Positions 1 to 11,900 of a stretch of DNA of 64,000 nt are shown piece by piece; position 1 is the stretch's first letter; each line of letters starts with the position of its first letter. The stretch is from positions 2,224,506-2,288,505 of the forward strand of contig MU004235.1 in NCBI GenBank assembly GCA_010405405.1, in the 5' to 3' direction. Both the position numbers and the translations under genes were made by a program. The stretch comes from Microthyrium microscopicum (Eukaryota). The notes under the pieces were generated by a model. That model saw nothing but the letters and a program-made list of their open reading frames with translations. It had not been told where the DNA came from and searched no databases.

Positions 1-195
1 CAGCGGTAAGGTAAGTATCATGACCAGATGTGTGACGGTCACGCGCCAAACAGCGGCATCACCATCTCCAGCTGCATCGTGAGTCTGTGGCTAGGCTGTG
101 GCTCACGAGTGGCTAGTGAGCCGCGTGGCCAAAGCGTGTTGTTGGCTCCTGCCAAAACACGAAAACAAAGGAAAGAGTGCCCGGCAGTGGTTCTA

Positions 196-342
196 CCGTT
201 TTTACCCTTTCAGTTGGGCCACGGTAGCGCGCTTTTTCTTGCTGGTGGCGCTCTGAACTTAGGCAGTGACTCGCTATCGCTCACGGGCAAACCTCGCCTA
301 AAAAACCGCGCTACCGTGGCCCAACTGAAAGGGTAAAAACGG
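196..342. mobile_element. 147-bp MITE, Tc1/mariner-type (TA TSD, 42-bp TIRs)
   Basis: 196-237 (CCGTTTTTACCCTTTCAGTTGGGCCACGGTAGCGCGCTTTTT) is the reverse complement of 301-342 with one mismatch. TA flanks both ends (194-195, 343-344). Confidence 0.85.
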
Positions 343-747
343 TAATCTTGGCGGTGACGTCGTGCGCTTGGCTGCCAAGCAGGGATGTCGCCCTGAGAAT
401 CTCTCAGTCGCTCCTTCTCTTTGGTTGGTTTGCAGACACTTGGGGCAATTCCCGCTGTCTTCCGCTGAAGATCATGTCTGGCAATAATCCCATCAGCCAT
501 TCTTCCGCTCTCGAAACTCGCATGACAAGAACAACATAAGCGTCATCTAACTCTTGGCTGTCACTTCACCTTCCCATCTCAACTTATCGTCTCAACTCGG
601 CGCCCGTCCTAATTCCCCATCATGACATGAGTCAATCGCCTGCTGATACACTCTAAGCGTCAACCGACACCAGGACGACCCCCAACCGTTCATCAATGAC
701 CACCTCTTGAATTTACCTCAACAACCTCTCCTACACGATCCGTTATC

Positions 748-1945
748 ATGTCTCCTTTCAAGCGCAGCCAGAGTGCTCTCGAGCGCGCCGACCACAAGGC
801 CATTGAGAAGGCAAAGGCCAAACAAGAGCAGGAGCAAATGAAAGAAATGATTGCGAAAAACCCCAACGCTCGATTTCCTGCCACTCAAGTCTTTTACGCC
901 GACCCTTCATTTCCCGAACCTCCACCGCTCAATTATACTCTAAAGACGAGATACAAGGCACTACTTATTTTCTGGGGATTGGTGTTCATAGACTGCATTG
1001 TTACGCCGCTGGTGTTATACTTTTGTTTATGGTACAAGACGTCGCTATCACCCAACGCTGGTAAAGAAGATCATACATCTCGATTACATGGAAACTAACG
1101 CGGTCACTAGTCTTCAGCATAAGTACAGGTGCATTAGGAAGTGTATCGATCGCTGAATATTTCCTTCGCTTCTGGAGACTATGGAAAAAACAATCAAACT
1201 GTCGGGTCATAGGAGCCAGAAGATACTACGTATGATTTCCTATCATATCTTTGATCTCAACATTAACTGTTCATTTTTATAGCTCGACTTTTTCCACTGG
1301 AATCTATCAGTTGCCTGGGTAGCCGTGATGGCCGAACTCATCGTGTAAGCGCCTGGTCAACAACCATCTGCTCATCCAATGCTGACACACCATGCAGTGG
1401 TACAATTCCGAAGAACCCGCCCATCCGATTATTGGCCATGCCAGTTCCCAGCATGGTCTTTGCATTTGGCATACAAATGCTTATTATCGATATTATGCGC
1501 TACTTCAACATTCGTGCCCCAATGCGCATTTCTTCACTTCCCCGTGGTGCACCACTTCGACCTGGTATCTACAGCATCATTGAAGATGTATGTGCCGTCG
1601 ACGGTAGTGGAGGCACCGAATTTCGCCAGCGTCTTAACATGCGTTTCATGACGAGCCATTATTTCCGCCGCATGCTGCATCGATTGACGCTGTTTTGGGC
1701 TTTTGGTGCTCTGGCTATCGCATCTGGGACTACCGCGATTATCTTTACAACAGACAGGAATACTGCATACGTGGTAAGTTGCATTAGATTCTTGTTTATT
1801 TATGTTCTTACTAATGAATTTCCAGTGCGGATGGACAGTTCCATTTGGATGGGGCGCAGTATGGGCAATCATCACCACATGGTATGTCAAGAAGAGTCTG
1901 AAGAAAGAGCGCGAAGTCTGGACTGCAGAGCGCGCAAAGGCATGA
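748..1945 (+). CDS. Fungal multi-pass membrane protein of unknown function (about 5 exons)
   Basis: ORFs 748 and 1432 are joined by GT-AG introns (e.g. 1061-1110; the last ends at 1825). Several hydrophobic segments. The last exon 1826-1945 is open to TGA. Confidence 0.8.
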
Positions 1946-2632
1946 TTTTGGTATTTGAGCGTTTAATCAGTAACGATAAATGATAGTTTTAATCTATTTC
2001 TTCAGTTGTAGCATCGCCACCATTGTTGGCTCACAATGTTTAAATATATCATCATCCACATACCCATCTCTGCGATTTTGGCTCAAGTGCGGGTTTGACT
2101 TGCATGGCAATACTATGGTAGTAATGGAGGACCCCTGAGCCAAACCACTACTTTGGGATTGACTGAGGCTGAAATGTTCCGCAATGTTGACGATGCCTTG
2201 TGGTTTAGCATTCCTGATGTTTGGTACTTAACCACGCTAGCCACGCAATGCAAGATGCGCTAGAATCTGTCTTTGGTACATATCTCATGATTTCGGTCCC
2301 GAACCTTTGTTGTTGCAAATGGTGCTCCCAGACCACCACTGGTGAACGACAAAAGAGTCTGCAGTGTATACATTTGAGAAGTCAAGATCAAGTATTTATT
2401 GATTCATGACGGCTTTTTCATGATGTTGTCAAGAATGAAGGTGAGATTCAACATCAAAAATGATGGAATTCATTATTTTGGCGTAGTAAGGCTGCAGTGA
2501 TTGTTTTTCTTTGCCATGTTTTAGTATCCCAATATAGGTCGGCAAAACACATGGCGAGGTCCCATCAGCCTTATTGGCTCGCAGACGCTACGCTCTTTCA
2601 TCGAATGCTTTATTTGCTATGAAGCATATTTA

Positions 2633-3395
2633 GAGTGTTTCTAAAATCCCCTAGTGGATCTTCTAAAATCCCCCCTAAGATCTACTAAAATCCCCCTCGA
2701 GTAAATGTGCTGAGGACTAATCCTAAATAGGAAATAAATATAGAACCTTAGGTGTTGATCTACAGGTGACAGGTCACAATAAAGCGCAAAATATCAAAGT
2801 TTTTACTATGGATAAAGCCTACGGGACTAGTTTAGTAGATCAACTCTCACAACCCCGTTTTTACGCCCATAACTCGCCTTTGAAGAGATCTGGCTCTTCC
2901 GTATCCTATTACCGTTTTTTTGTTCTCCTGTAGCTATTCCTTGTCCTATCTTCACCTTGTTTTTGGTGTAGTTGCTGATGATTACGTACGTCGACCTGTA
3001 GGTCTGAAGGGAGGAGGTTGTTGTTATTGTTGTTGTTGTTATTATTGTTATTGTTGTTGTTGTTGTTGTTCTTTACGTGGTCTTCCTTGCTTCTTTTAAG
3101 GAGGAACTGGTGTTGTAGTAGCTAGTTGTTTACGTAGTCTTCCTCGCTTTGGTCACTAGTAGAGGTAGAATTGGTAGTGTGGTAGTTAAAGTAATACTAA
3201 GTATAATATGGTATTGCCCTAGTATATTCTAAGTTAGATTTATCTACTTTAGGCTAGATTAGTACAAAAATGATAAGAGCTCCCTATTTAGGGTTAGCGC
3301 ACGCTAGGGCTTCTCTAGCCAAAATCCTTAAGGGGGATTTTAGGAGATATTAAGGGGGGTTTTAGAAGATCCACGGGGGGATTTTAGAAACACTC
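2633..3395. mobile_element. Non-autonomous Mutator-like (MULE) element, 763 bp, RIP-mutated
   Basis: ~68-bp imperfect TIRs GAGTGTTTCTAAAATCCCC.../...GGGGATTTTAGAAACACTC, each with three CTAAAA(T)CCCC-type subrepeats. Perfect 9-bp TSD GCATATTTA at 2624-2632 and 3396-3404. Interior is TpA-rich. Confidence 0.88.
3017..3070. repeat. (TTG/TTA)n microsatellite inside the MULE; reads as poly-Gln codons on the minus strand
   Basis: TTG run interrupted only by TTA, i.e. CAA>TAA on the minus strand. Confidence 0.85.
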
Positions 3396-4520
3396 GCATA
3401 TTTATATTCAAGGAATTTATCGATTATGATGAGAAGTATAGCACTTAAGGCTTAAAAGCGTTGCTGGTAGCCATCAGAGTTGATGGAAGAACGCTATTCG
3501 TTTTGCCATGCCGTTGTATTGATATCTGGCAGCTCAAAAGTCCAGAAATATTCTACAAAAATGCTCGCAGTTGGTCAGAGGCCCATGATGAGGTCCATTT
3601 TACTTGGAAAGGCTGAGCAGAGCGAGCTCTAGCAGCGCTGAGATGATGCAAGTAGCCCGTTCGTCTGGCTTTTCGACCTTCTTTTTGCTCCTTCCTGTTC
3701 TAAGACTTGAAGGAAAGAAGTGCTCTTGCCATTTTTATAGGGTTTGAAACTCGACTAGACTGCTCTTACTAGATTCAGTATGGGCTCATAAGCTCTTTCC
3801 AACTTCATGTCGACTTCCGTGGCAACCACGAGAAGCCACGAGGAAATTATCAATATTCGTTTTGCTGGGACACCCAACTTTACATGTTATGATTGTTCAA
3901 CTGGTATCATTCTACTCATATTGGACTCCAGCTTCTTCAGGGCCATTGAACCAAGCAAGTACTTGACTTTTCACATCCTCCCCAGTAACTTTTCAGTTGT
4001 TTGATAAGTCAACTCTGGGACGATACTTTTGAGATTTAGTACATTGCCCAACCATTTTGGTCTTCCCATACACAGTTAGACTCCTCCTGTTCTGGGTTGA
4101 ATCTTCACGAGCAAGCCTTGTTGGTCTTCACCCATCCTGCACCCAGACTCTACTCACCCTTTTTGGACTCGAGCCTCAGACCTTGATTCCAGCACTTCCT
4201 TCCTCTCTTGAATCTCCCCGCGCACTAAGGAAACTCGGTGGTATTTAACCTCGCCGACCCTCTTCCTCCCTCTCCTCTTCCTCTTCATCCACAACACTCT
4301 CAAGGATTCTCTCACCCAAGCTACCTCTACTTGGACTCTCTTCTTCTACCACTACTACACTACACACCAAAGGTATGCCATATTCTAATCAGACAATGTC
4401 TTCTCAAGCCATAGCCACATGTTTGGGCTAGAGTGGTCTAGAGTTTTGCCACCCTCAAATGCTGAAAGCTGCCTCAGACATTGACTGACTCCATTTGTAG
4501 ACCAACCGTCAACCGCTATC

Positions 4521-5353
4521 ATGCCTGTTCGTTGGACCCCCGAGCTCGACCAAGTGGTAACTATCTACCTCCCAGCCATTTCTTCTTCACTAAAGATTCC
4601 CAGCTCTTCATCAAGTACCTCGAGTCTCATTCGCCAACTATCAACTACGACGCCATCATCGAAATCTGGCGTAAGTACCTTCCCACCCCAAACTGTCACT
4701 CATCTTCCCCATTCACTAACATTTCCTCATAGCGAAAAACCTGACCCAGCCTACCAAAAAGGCCTTGACCGAGCACATCAGCAAGATCCGAAAAGACGTC
4801 AAGAAGACCATTGGTGAAAACGGTAATGTCGTTGCCTCTCCAGCCGTCGCTAAGCCACGTGCTCCTCGCAAGTCTGGTGGTGCCAAAGCCACTCCCAAGC
4901 GTGCTGCTCCTGCCAAGAAGCGCAAAGCCGATGACTCCGACGATTCTGAGGACGATGACATGAGCAGCCTGCCAACTACTCAACCATCTCCTTCTCCTGA
5001 GAAGAAACTGAAGTCCACACCTAAGCGCTCTGCTACTATCAAGGCTGCCGACAAGTGGGCGTCTGCCATCAAGGTAAGTGGCTGTCACCAGAGTTCATGG
5101 CAAACAAGTCATTTCACGGGAAATTAGCACTAACGCATAGCAGGGCGAATCTGATAGCGACACAAAGGACTACAAGGAGCCCGAAGCCGTTGGCACCGTC
5201 GACGACACTCCAATGGGCGATGGAATGCCCGTCGTGACTGACTCCGGCAGCGAGTATCACGATGCCAACGACGTCTCGGACAGCATTCACCGTCTTCCAC
5301 CAGACCCACTCACCTTCAGCATCTTCGGCCACCCTCCCAATACCGATATCTAA
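4521..5353 (+). CDS. Small basic nuclear-type protein: N-terminal WT..D..L Myb-like motif and a Lys/Pro-rich tail (4 coding exons)
   Basis: MPVRWTPELDQV, intron 4557-4603, LFIKYLESH..., intron 4671-4732, ...KALTEHISKIRK...KKRK..., intron 5074-5140, stop at 5353. A 5'UTR intron probably ends at 4500. Confidence 0.7.
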
Positions 5354-6674
5354 GTGCTTCTTCTGTCTGCTTGCCCATGCTGTTCCTCTCCGACTGTTAT
5401 TGATGATTCCCGGTTCTGATGGTTCTTGGTAATAAGGATTCTGGGTTGTTCCATGCTCATATGGGTGAGCACGAGAATGGCTATTACTTGTTCATGTGTT
5501 TGCGGGTTGGCTGACAAAGGTTGTTGCGTAGGAGTTGGGAACTGGATATCGGTGCATGGGTCTTTTGTCTTCGTGCTTTTCTCCATAAAAGCTTCTGGCT
5601 GTTTGTCTTTCTGTATGAGCTGGTCCATGATTGCCGATTTTGGCAGTGGGTAATAGGACAAGTGCGATAGCTCCTTGATGTTCGGATGACTACTCTACAA
5701 AGTCTCCGCAGTTGAATCACTTTGCTTTGAATGAAAACTCCAAAAAAAAAGACGCTTCCATAGAACTGTGAATGATTGAATATCTCTCATTGCCGTTCAA
5801 TGTCCTAGCTCTTGATTCGCTTCCATTGATGACACAATTGATACCTTCTTGATATTCCAGACGTACCAAAATGAGAGATTATATCAAAAAAGCATTGGTT
5901 CCATTCAATACCAAGCTCTCCAACACTTTGCCCAACATTAGTCAAATTGTCAAAGAAAGTCGAAGTTAACAAACTCTCCACTCAAAAATCCGACGTCTCC
6001 ATCAGGTCCCACCAAAAAAGGCGGCTCAAGTCAAATCTCATTACCACACTAGCGCAGGTCCCACAAGCGCCGCATCCAACGCCCAAACCACCATCAGACG
6101 AATCATAACCCTCCCATAACACACATTTTGCAACCCACCCCCAACTCGGGGCCATCTGGCAGCTCGTGCAGCACAAAAACACTGACTTCTGGAAGCTTTT
6201 GGCTTGGCCCCCTTTGCAACCGATTGGTCATTCAAATGCCAGCCAAGCAGGCCCGTGTTAAAAGGAGAAGTGCTCAGATTTGCCGCGTAGCACGACTAAC
6301 GACTAACAAGATGATTTGCTGGCGTGAAACGGCTTTTGCAGGCGTACTGCAAAATGATTCTAGCCAGCCAATTGCTGAAAAAATCAAAAGAAGGCGCGAG
6401 TGGTTGTGGACGGTTGCACTGTGTTTGATGAACAAGCCCAGCAGCCAAAAACCCAACACAGCCCGTATATATGCCTAGCAGATCTCCCAGCGCGCCTTAA
6501 CTTCTTCTCTCCCTCCCATCTACATACTTTTAATACACACTTTCATTCAGTCGCTCATTAAAACCAGTTGCTAAATCCAACTACCCACGCTCATTTTCAG
6601 CACAAAAACGCAAATCCTCAAATCCACCACCTCAAAAAACCACATAACAACCCCTTTTTAAATCAACAAACAAG

Positions 6675-6989
6675 ATGTCTGCTTCAAAGGTTCTTTCCAC
6701 CTCTCTCGTCACGGCCACGGCCACCGTCATCATGAACGGAACTGCTACCCTCGGCATCAACGGCACTGCGGCTACCAGCGCACCCAAGCTCAACAGCACC
6801 ATCGTGAGCTCGCTCTCACTCACCGCCAAGCCAACCGCCAGCCTTACATCCACCAAGGCGCCAGGAGCAACCGCAACTGCTGCTGGATCCGGAGCTGAGG
6901 CACTCATCTTCTCGTCCGGACCAGTCAGTATCAAGGGTGTGATGATGGTGTTGCTTGGACTTGTAGCTGTTGGCTTCACTGGTCTATAA
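6675..6989 (+). CDS. Small Thr/Ser/Ala-rich protein with a hydrophobic, GPI-signal-like C-terminus
   Basis: 104-aa ORF with coding-like codon use, an upstream TATATA near 6467, and C-terminus SGAEAL...VMMVLLGLVAVGFTGL. Confidence 0.65.
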   Translation: MSASKVLSTSLVTATATVIMNGTATLGINGTAATSAPKLNSTIVSSLSLTAKPTASLTSTKAPGATATAAGSGAEALIFSSGPVSIKGVMMVLLGLVAVGFTGL

Positions 6990-7264
6990 ATCGCCATCAG
7001 AAGAATTGGAGAAAGGGGATATGTCGACAATGTTGGGAATAGCCACCGAATTGCTTGTCGTGGACTTGATGTATCTCGCAGAATATCTGAAATGACAAGA
7101 TTGGTTTCTGCCTTTCTGACAAAACACCATTGGAGTTTGAAAAGTTCGTTTTAATACCCAGTAGATTCGCAGTGCTGAAGAAGCATATATTATATAATGT
7201 ATTCGCTATATCACTTCACCTGCTCAAGGCCAGACGTCCCTCGAACCTACCAACAAGTTGAGTA

Positions 7265-8441
7265 TCAGACACTACCTCTTCCAAACCCCAGATCCTCCCT
7301 TTCCCACCACTCATCGAACGCCCTCTCCGTCGCCATTTCGTCAATCGCTTCCTTCTGGTCCCTCGCCTCATCCTGTGCCTCCCAGCGCGCCCTCTTAATT
7401 CTTTCTTTCAACCGTCTAGCTTCATTCTCAAACTTATACCCACCACCAACCTCTGCACTCATCTCTTGCTTCAACAAGACACTGCCCAACGCCTCATTCT
7501 CCGCTACCCAGTAAAGCTCCACACACTCCCTAATCTCATAACAATCCCGCACCGGATATCCCCACACCTTCTCCATCAACTCCTTTACATCCCTCTTCCA
7601 CAGCTCAGTAACGACACCACCTGCTAACGAATCATACATACGCGCAAGCGCCAGATTCCGCAGGGATGGAATATCCCATTTTGAAGCAAGCATATAGAGC
7701 TCTACATGTATCCTGAAAACCTCAACATACGACCCATCCTCGCCATTCAATGTGTCCCCCTCTTCGCTTTTATTCTCACTTTTTTCGCGGGATCACCGCG
7801 TATGTGCCCATCGTACTTTTGCACTAGGAACACCAGATCGTCCTTCAAATCTACGTCTGAACTCTAGAAATTGTCTGCGTAGTATGGAGTAAGAGCTTGG
7901 GGTTTCGGGATTGAGCGGATATATGCGTGGGCCGATGTGTAGGCTTTGAGACGGGTTGGGGGATATATGGTGTTTGTAGAAGAGATTACGCATTTGGTGC
8001 CGTTCTATTGGTATACGTACTGCTTCAGCTCCGGTTTTAGGGGTGGACTGGGCTCTTTGCGTCTCAGTGGCTACGGGAGATGGTGGGATATGAGTTGGCT
8101 GTGGAGAAGTATATATCCCCGTATAGAAAAACGTGCTTAGAAGGGCGAAGACATCGGGAGATATCTCTGGAAACGATGTGGTACTATTGTTTGCGATCAG
8201 GCCTGAGAGCATGGGCGAGTGATGAAAGATTATTGACTGATGGATGGGAAATGGTGTTGCGGATGGGCCGACTTCGAATGTATGTGTTGGAGATGAGAGG
8301 GCACTGGTAGACTGTCAGACTTGAATAATAGGTCAGTGATGGAGAAATGGGTACGTACGTTTCCCAGTCTAGGTTGGCAATTGGGGATGGATGTGGTTCT
8401 GGCTCTACAGGAATGTCGTTGACGACTTGGATAACAGCCAT
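7265..8441 (-). CDS. BTB/POZ-domain protein, possibly pseudogenised (in-frame TGA at 7793-7795)
   Basis: Fungal BTB-type motifs FPEISPDVFALLSTFFYTGIY and HVELYMLASKWDIPSLRNLALARM. There is a 5' intron near 8310-8357. ORFs 7793-8212 and 7265-7750 share a frame and are separated by one stop. Confidence 0.65.
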
Positions 8442-8987
8442 TGTTAATTGCTTTGATATATGGTTTAGGGTGGAGGCATGAAATTGTAGGATCATCTCAA
8501 TACCAATTGTTGTGGGAGTCTGGAAAAAGATGTTTTATAGCATGTAAACGCTGTTAGTGAATGATATGTTTTTTCTGTTTGCTTTCTTCGTTACTGCTTG
8601 ATTTTGGCAGTATTCGCCAGGGACTACAAGTTAAGATGTCCATGTAATGAACGATCAGAATACTATTCACCAAGGATTAATAGAATGAAGACTAAACTTT
8701 CACAATCACAGATGACAACAAGGTGTTTGTTAAAAATGATAGGCAGAGCCACATCATAACTTCATTGATCAATCCCCAATGATCAACTAAACTAATCTAC
8801 CACTCTCGTTAATCACCAACGACAAGCACATCTCCTCGTCTAACAAGTAAAGCAGCTGTATTGAGAAATGCCAAAATCAGGAGCACGAATGATACAATGT
8901 TGCCGCTCTTGGGTATTTTGCAATGTTCAATCAATCAATCATAATCGCACTGTTCTTCTCGATCAGTCAATATATCTCGGGCCAGCA

Positions 8988-11900
8988 CTATCTGAGCCCA
9001 TTCTGTCCCAAAGTAGGACTGCCACTAGCTCCGCTCGCGCTTCGCACCATGCCATTGGGAGTGCCTGATCGGCTGTCCGGTCGCGCGGGCATCATTCCAG
9101 GGCTACCACTACTCAGCCTCGCCTGCTGAAGTTGCATGTTGTTGCGATACATCTGGGTGGGCGATTGCATAGCTCCACCTGAAAGACCGTTGACAGACAT
9201 GCCATTTGTGACAAGACCATTTTGACCACCGAGTCCATTGAGAGAGCCTCCTGGGGATCCGATTGAGCCAAAGGAGTTGTTTGCAGCAGCAAAGGCAGCC
9301 ATGACCTGATTCGGATGATTGTGCTGCATGCCCATATGTTGCTGAGCCAATGCTTGGCTATGTTGCATGGATTGATTGCCGGCTGCTGCCGCAAGTGCGT
9401 TCTGTGACATGTTATTTCGCAAGGCATTGAACCGTTCTATGGCCAGTACTTTTGCTTGGTCCGGAGTAATCTGCGGATATTGAACCTGGATCTTGTGTAA
9501 GAGAGTATTAAACGCAACGGCCTGGGAGCTCTGGACCTGTCCGGGATGAGGATTGTTACCATTAGTGGATGTCTGATTGTTGGTTGTGCCAGAAACGCCA
9601 TTGGACATCATGTTATTGCGCTGCTGTATTGCTGCCATCATCTGTGCTTGTTGTGCCTGGGTTTTTTGGCCGTTACCAGATGGAGACATGTGCGCTGCCG
9701 CGAGACTAGAAGTTTGAGAGGGAAGCTGTCCCAACTGAAATTGGCGCTGCTGTTGCATAGCTGCCATTCTCAACTCCTGGGCGCTAGTTTGGCCGTTTTG
9801 CTGCATTTCTGCTATCTGCTGGACTGTTAGACCTCCGAGTCGAACACCACCCCCAGTGACACCGTTATAACCACTGCTTGGGCGATTTTGTGATGTTGCC
9901 TGGGCCATCTGTGCTTGCGCTAGAGGTGTCGAAGGCTGTCCGTTGCTAAGACGAAGTTGAGCCTGTGCCTGTGCCTGCGCCTGAGCTTGTGCCTGCATCT
10001 GAGCCTGTGCCTGAGCTTGAGCTTGAACTTGAGCTTGACCTCCTCCAGAAATAGCTTGTGATTGTGCTTGCTGTAACTGGCCTTGGGCTGTAGAGACTTG
10101 TTGCATATTGGTAGCTCTAGCCATTTGCTGACGTTCAAGCATGGATTGTTTGGCTTTGCGCATCTCTTCTTGCTTATGTCTTGCTATCGCTTCGTGCTCT
10201 TGCCTGTACTTGCTTAGCTCAGCTGGTGTGTGCATAGCAGGTCGCGGTCCGGCAGGCTCTTGATGGGACGTGCGGCGCAGTTCAGCAGCTCTCGTAGCTA
10301 AGTAAAGTTAGTTACAGGACATGAAGGACGAACAGGATACTTACAATCTGCTTGCCGTTGCGTCGTGTTTTCTCGTCTCTTAGCGATTTTCTTCATGGCA
10401 TCAACCATATTGGTTGCTCTCGATTCTCTTCTTCGCTCAACTCTGACAGGTTGGTGAGTGGTTTTCCTCGCGCGGGTGATTTGGAGTTGGCTCGGTGTTT
10501 GGCCAGCAGCTTGTACGGCTTCCATGGCAATCTTGGCCTGAAATTGTAGACTTCGAGTGGCAGTCTCCAATCTGTGTTGATACGCTTTGAAGTAGGCAGT
10601 CTTTGACATCTCTGGAGGCAAGCCTTCCAGTTGAACCCATCGTTCGAAACATTCCCATGGTGTGCGACGTTCAGCTCCTGAAATGTTGACAGATGCTTGA
10701 CATTGCGATTGAAGCTCCATTGCAATAAGTGACCAGTTGTAGGTATATTTGCGCACCCAGTGACGTAATTGCTGATCTTCCTGCCATGTCCATTGAGATG
10801 GTGGTCGAGCCTCAAAATATGCGGTACTTGGCATAGGAAACTCATTTGGAGGACGGAAAGCATGTGTAGCATGTAAACGGTCCAGAATGTGCTTGTTGAT
10901 TGGATTGAAAAGCGCGACTTCCTGTTCTTTGGGAGGGATTTCGGCTTTCGGAGAAGAGCGGCGTGCAGGTGAAAGGAATTGTGATGCGTCCGACCTCATC
11001 CGCTTATGTCCATGACCACGCGGCATTTGAGGCTCGTCGTCAGACTGTTCATAGTCATAACGACTTCGCTTCTTTGGTATGCCGCTAATCCGTGGAACCA
11101 TCTTTCCTGTTACAAACTTGGATACAGGCACGAGGGTGTTGTTCGTCTGCAGTGGTGGAAGCCCAGTATCGATAAGGTTCTCCGTCTTGGGATCGTAGAG
11201 CGGAAGTTCAGCTAGTAATGCTTCGCTTGATGGTGTCTGATCAAGGTGAACAATTACTTGATTGTAATCAAGTGAGAATATGGCCGATGGGGATATTGTT
11301 GATTCCATGGGAAGTTCATCCTCGGATAGTTCGCTACTACCCGTTGACATTGAAGCAACCAGTTCCGGAGTATCATCAAATGAATCCGCAATGGTCTTTT
11401 CCGATGGGAATGGCGGTATTGTTGCTTTGACCCTCATCTGACCTTTAACTTGATCCGATGCAGCGACAAAGGTAGCACAATCCATTGCCAGATTACGCGC
11501 AACCTCCATTTTCCATCTTCTTTCCTCACGGAAATCAGTTCGCATCCATTTCATTTCATCCATGAGAAAGTCAAAGTGACACTTCTTTGGTGTTGGGTCC
11601 TGGAATTTAGCCATTTGCCGTAGCGACCACTTGTTGGCATTTTGCAAGTTGTAGATCCTTCTAAGTATCTTGTAGTCGTATTCTTCGCGTACGCTTGCAG
11701 TAATATCAGCAGTAGTCACGGTTTTCCCGGCGCCTTTGATAACATCGGAAAGGAATTGAGCTCGAGGTGGGCCCCATGCCTGTCGCAAAAACAGAGGCCT
11801 CAAGTAGTCCTTGTCAGAGTCCAGGGAGGCTCCTTTCAGAGCGAGATATCCTTCCAGATCATTGCGCAGAGCTTTGGTTGTAGTAGGGTCCATATCCTTG

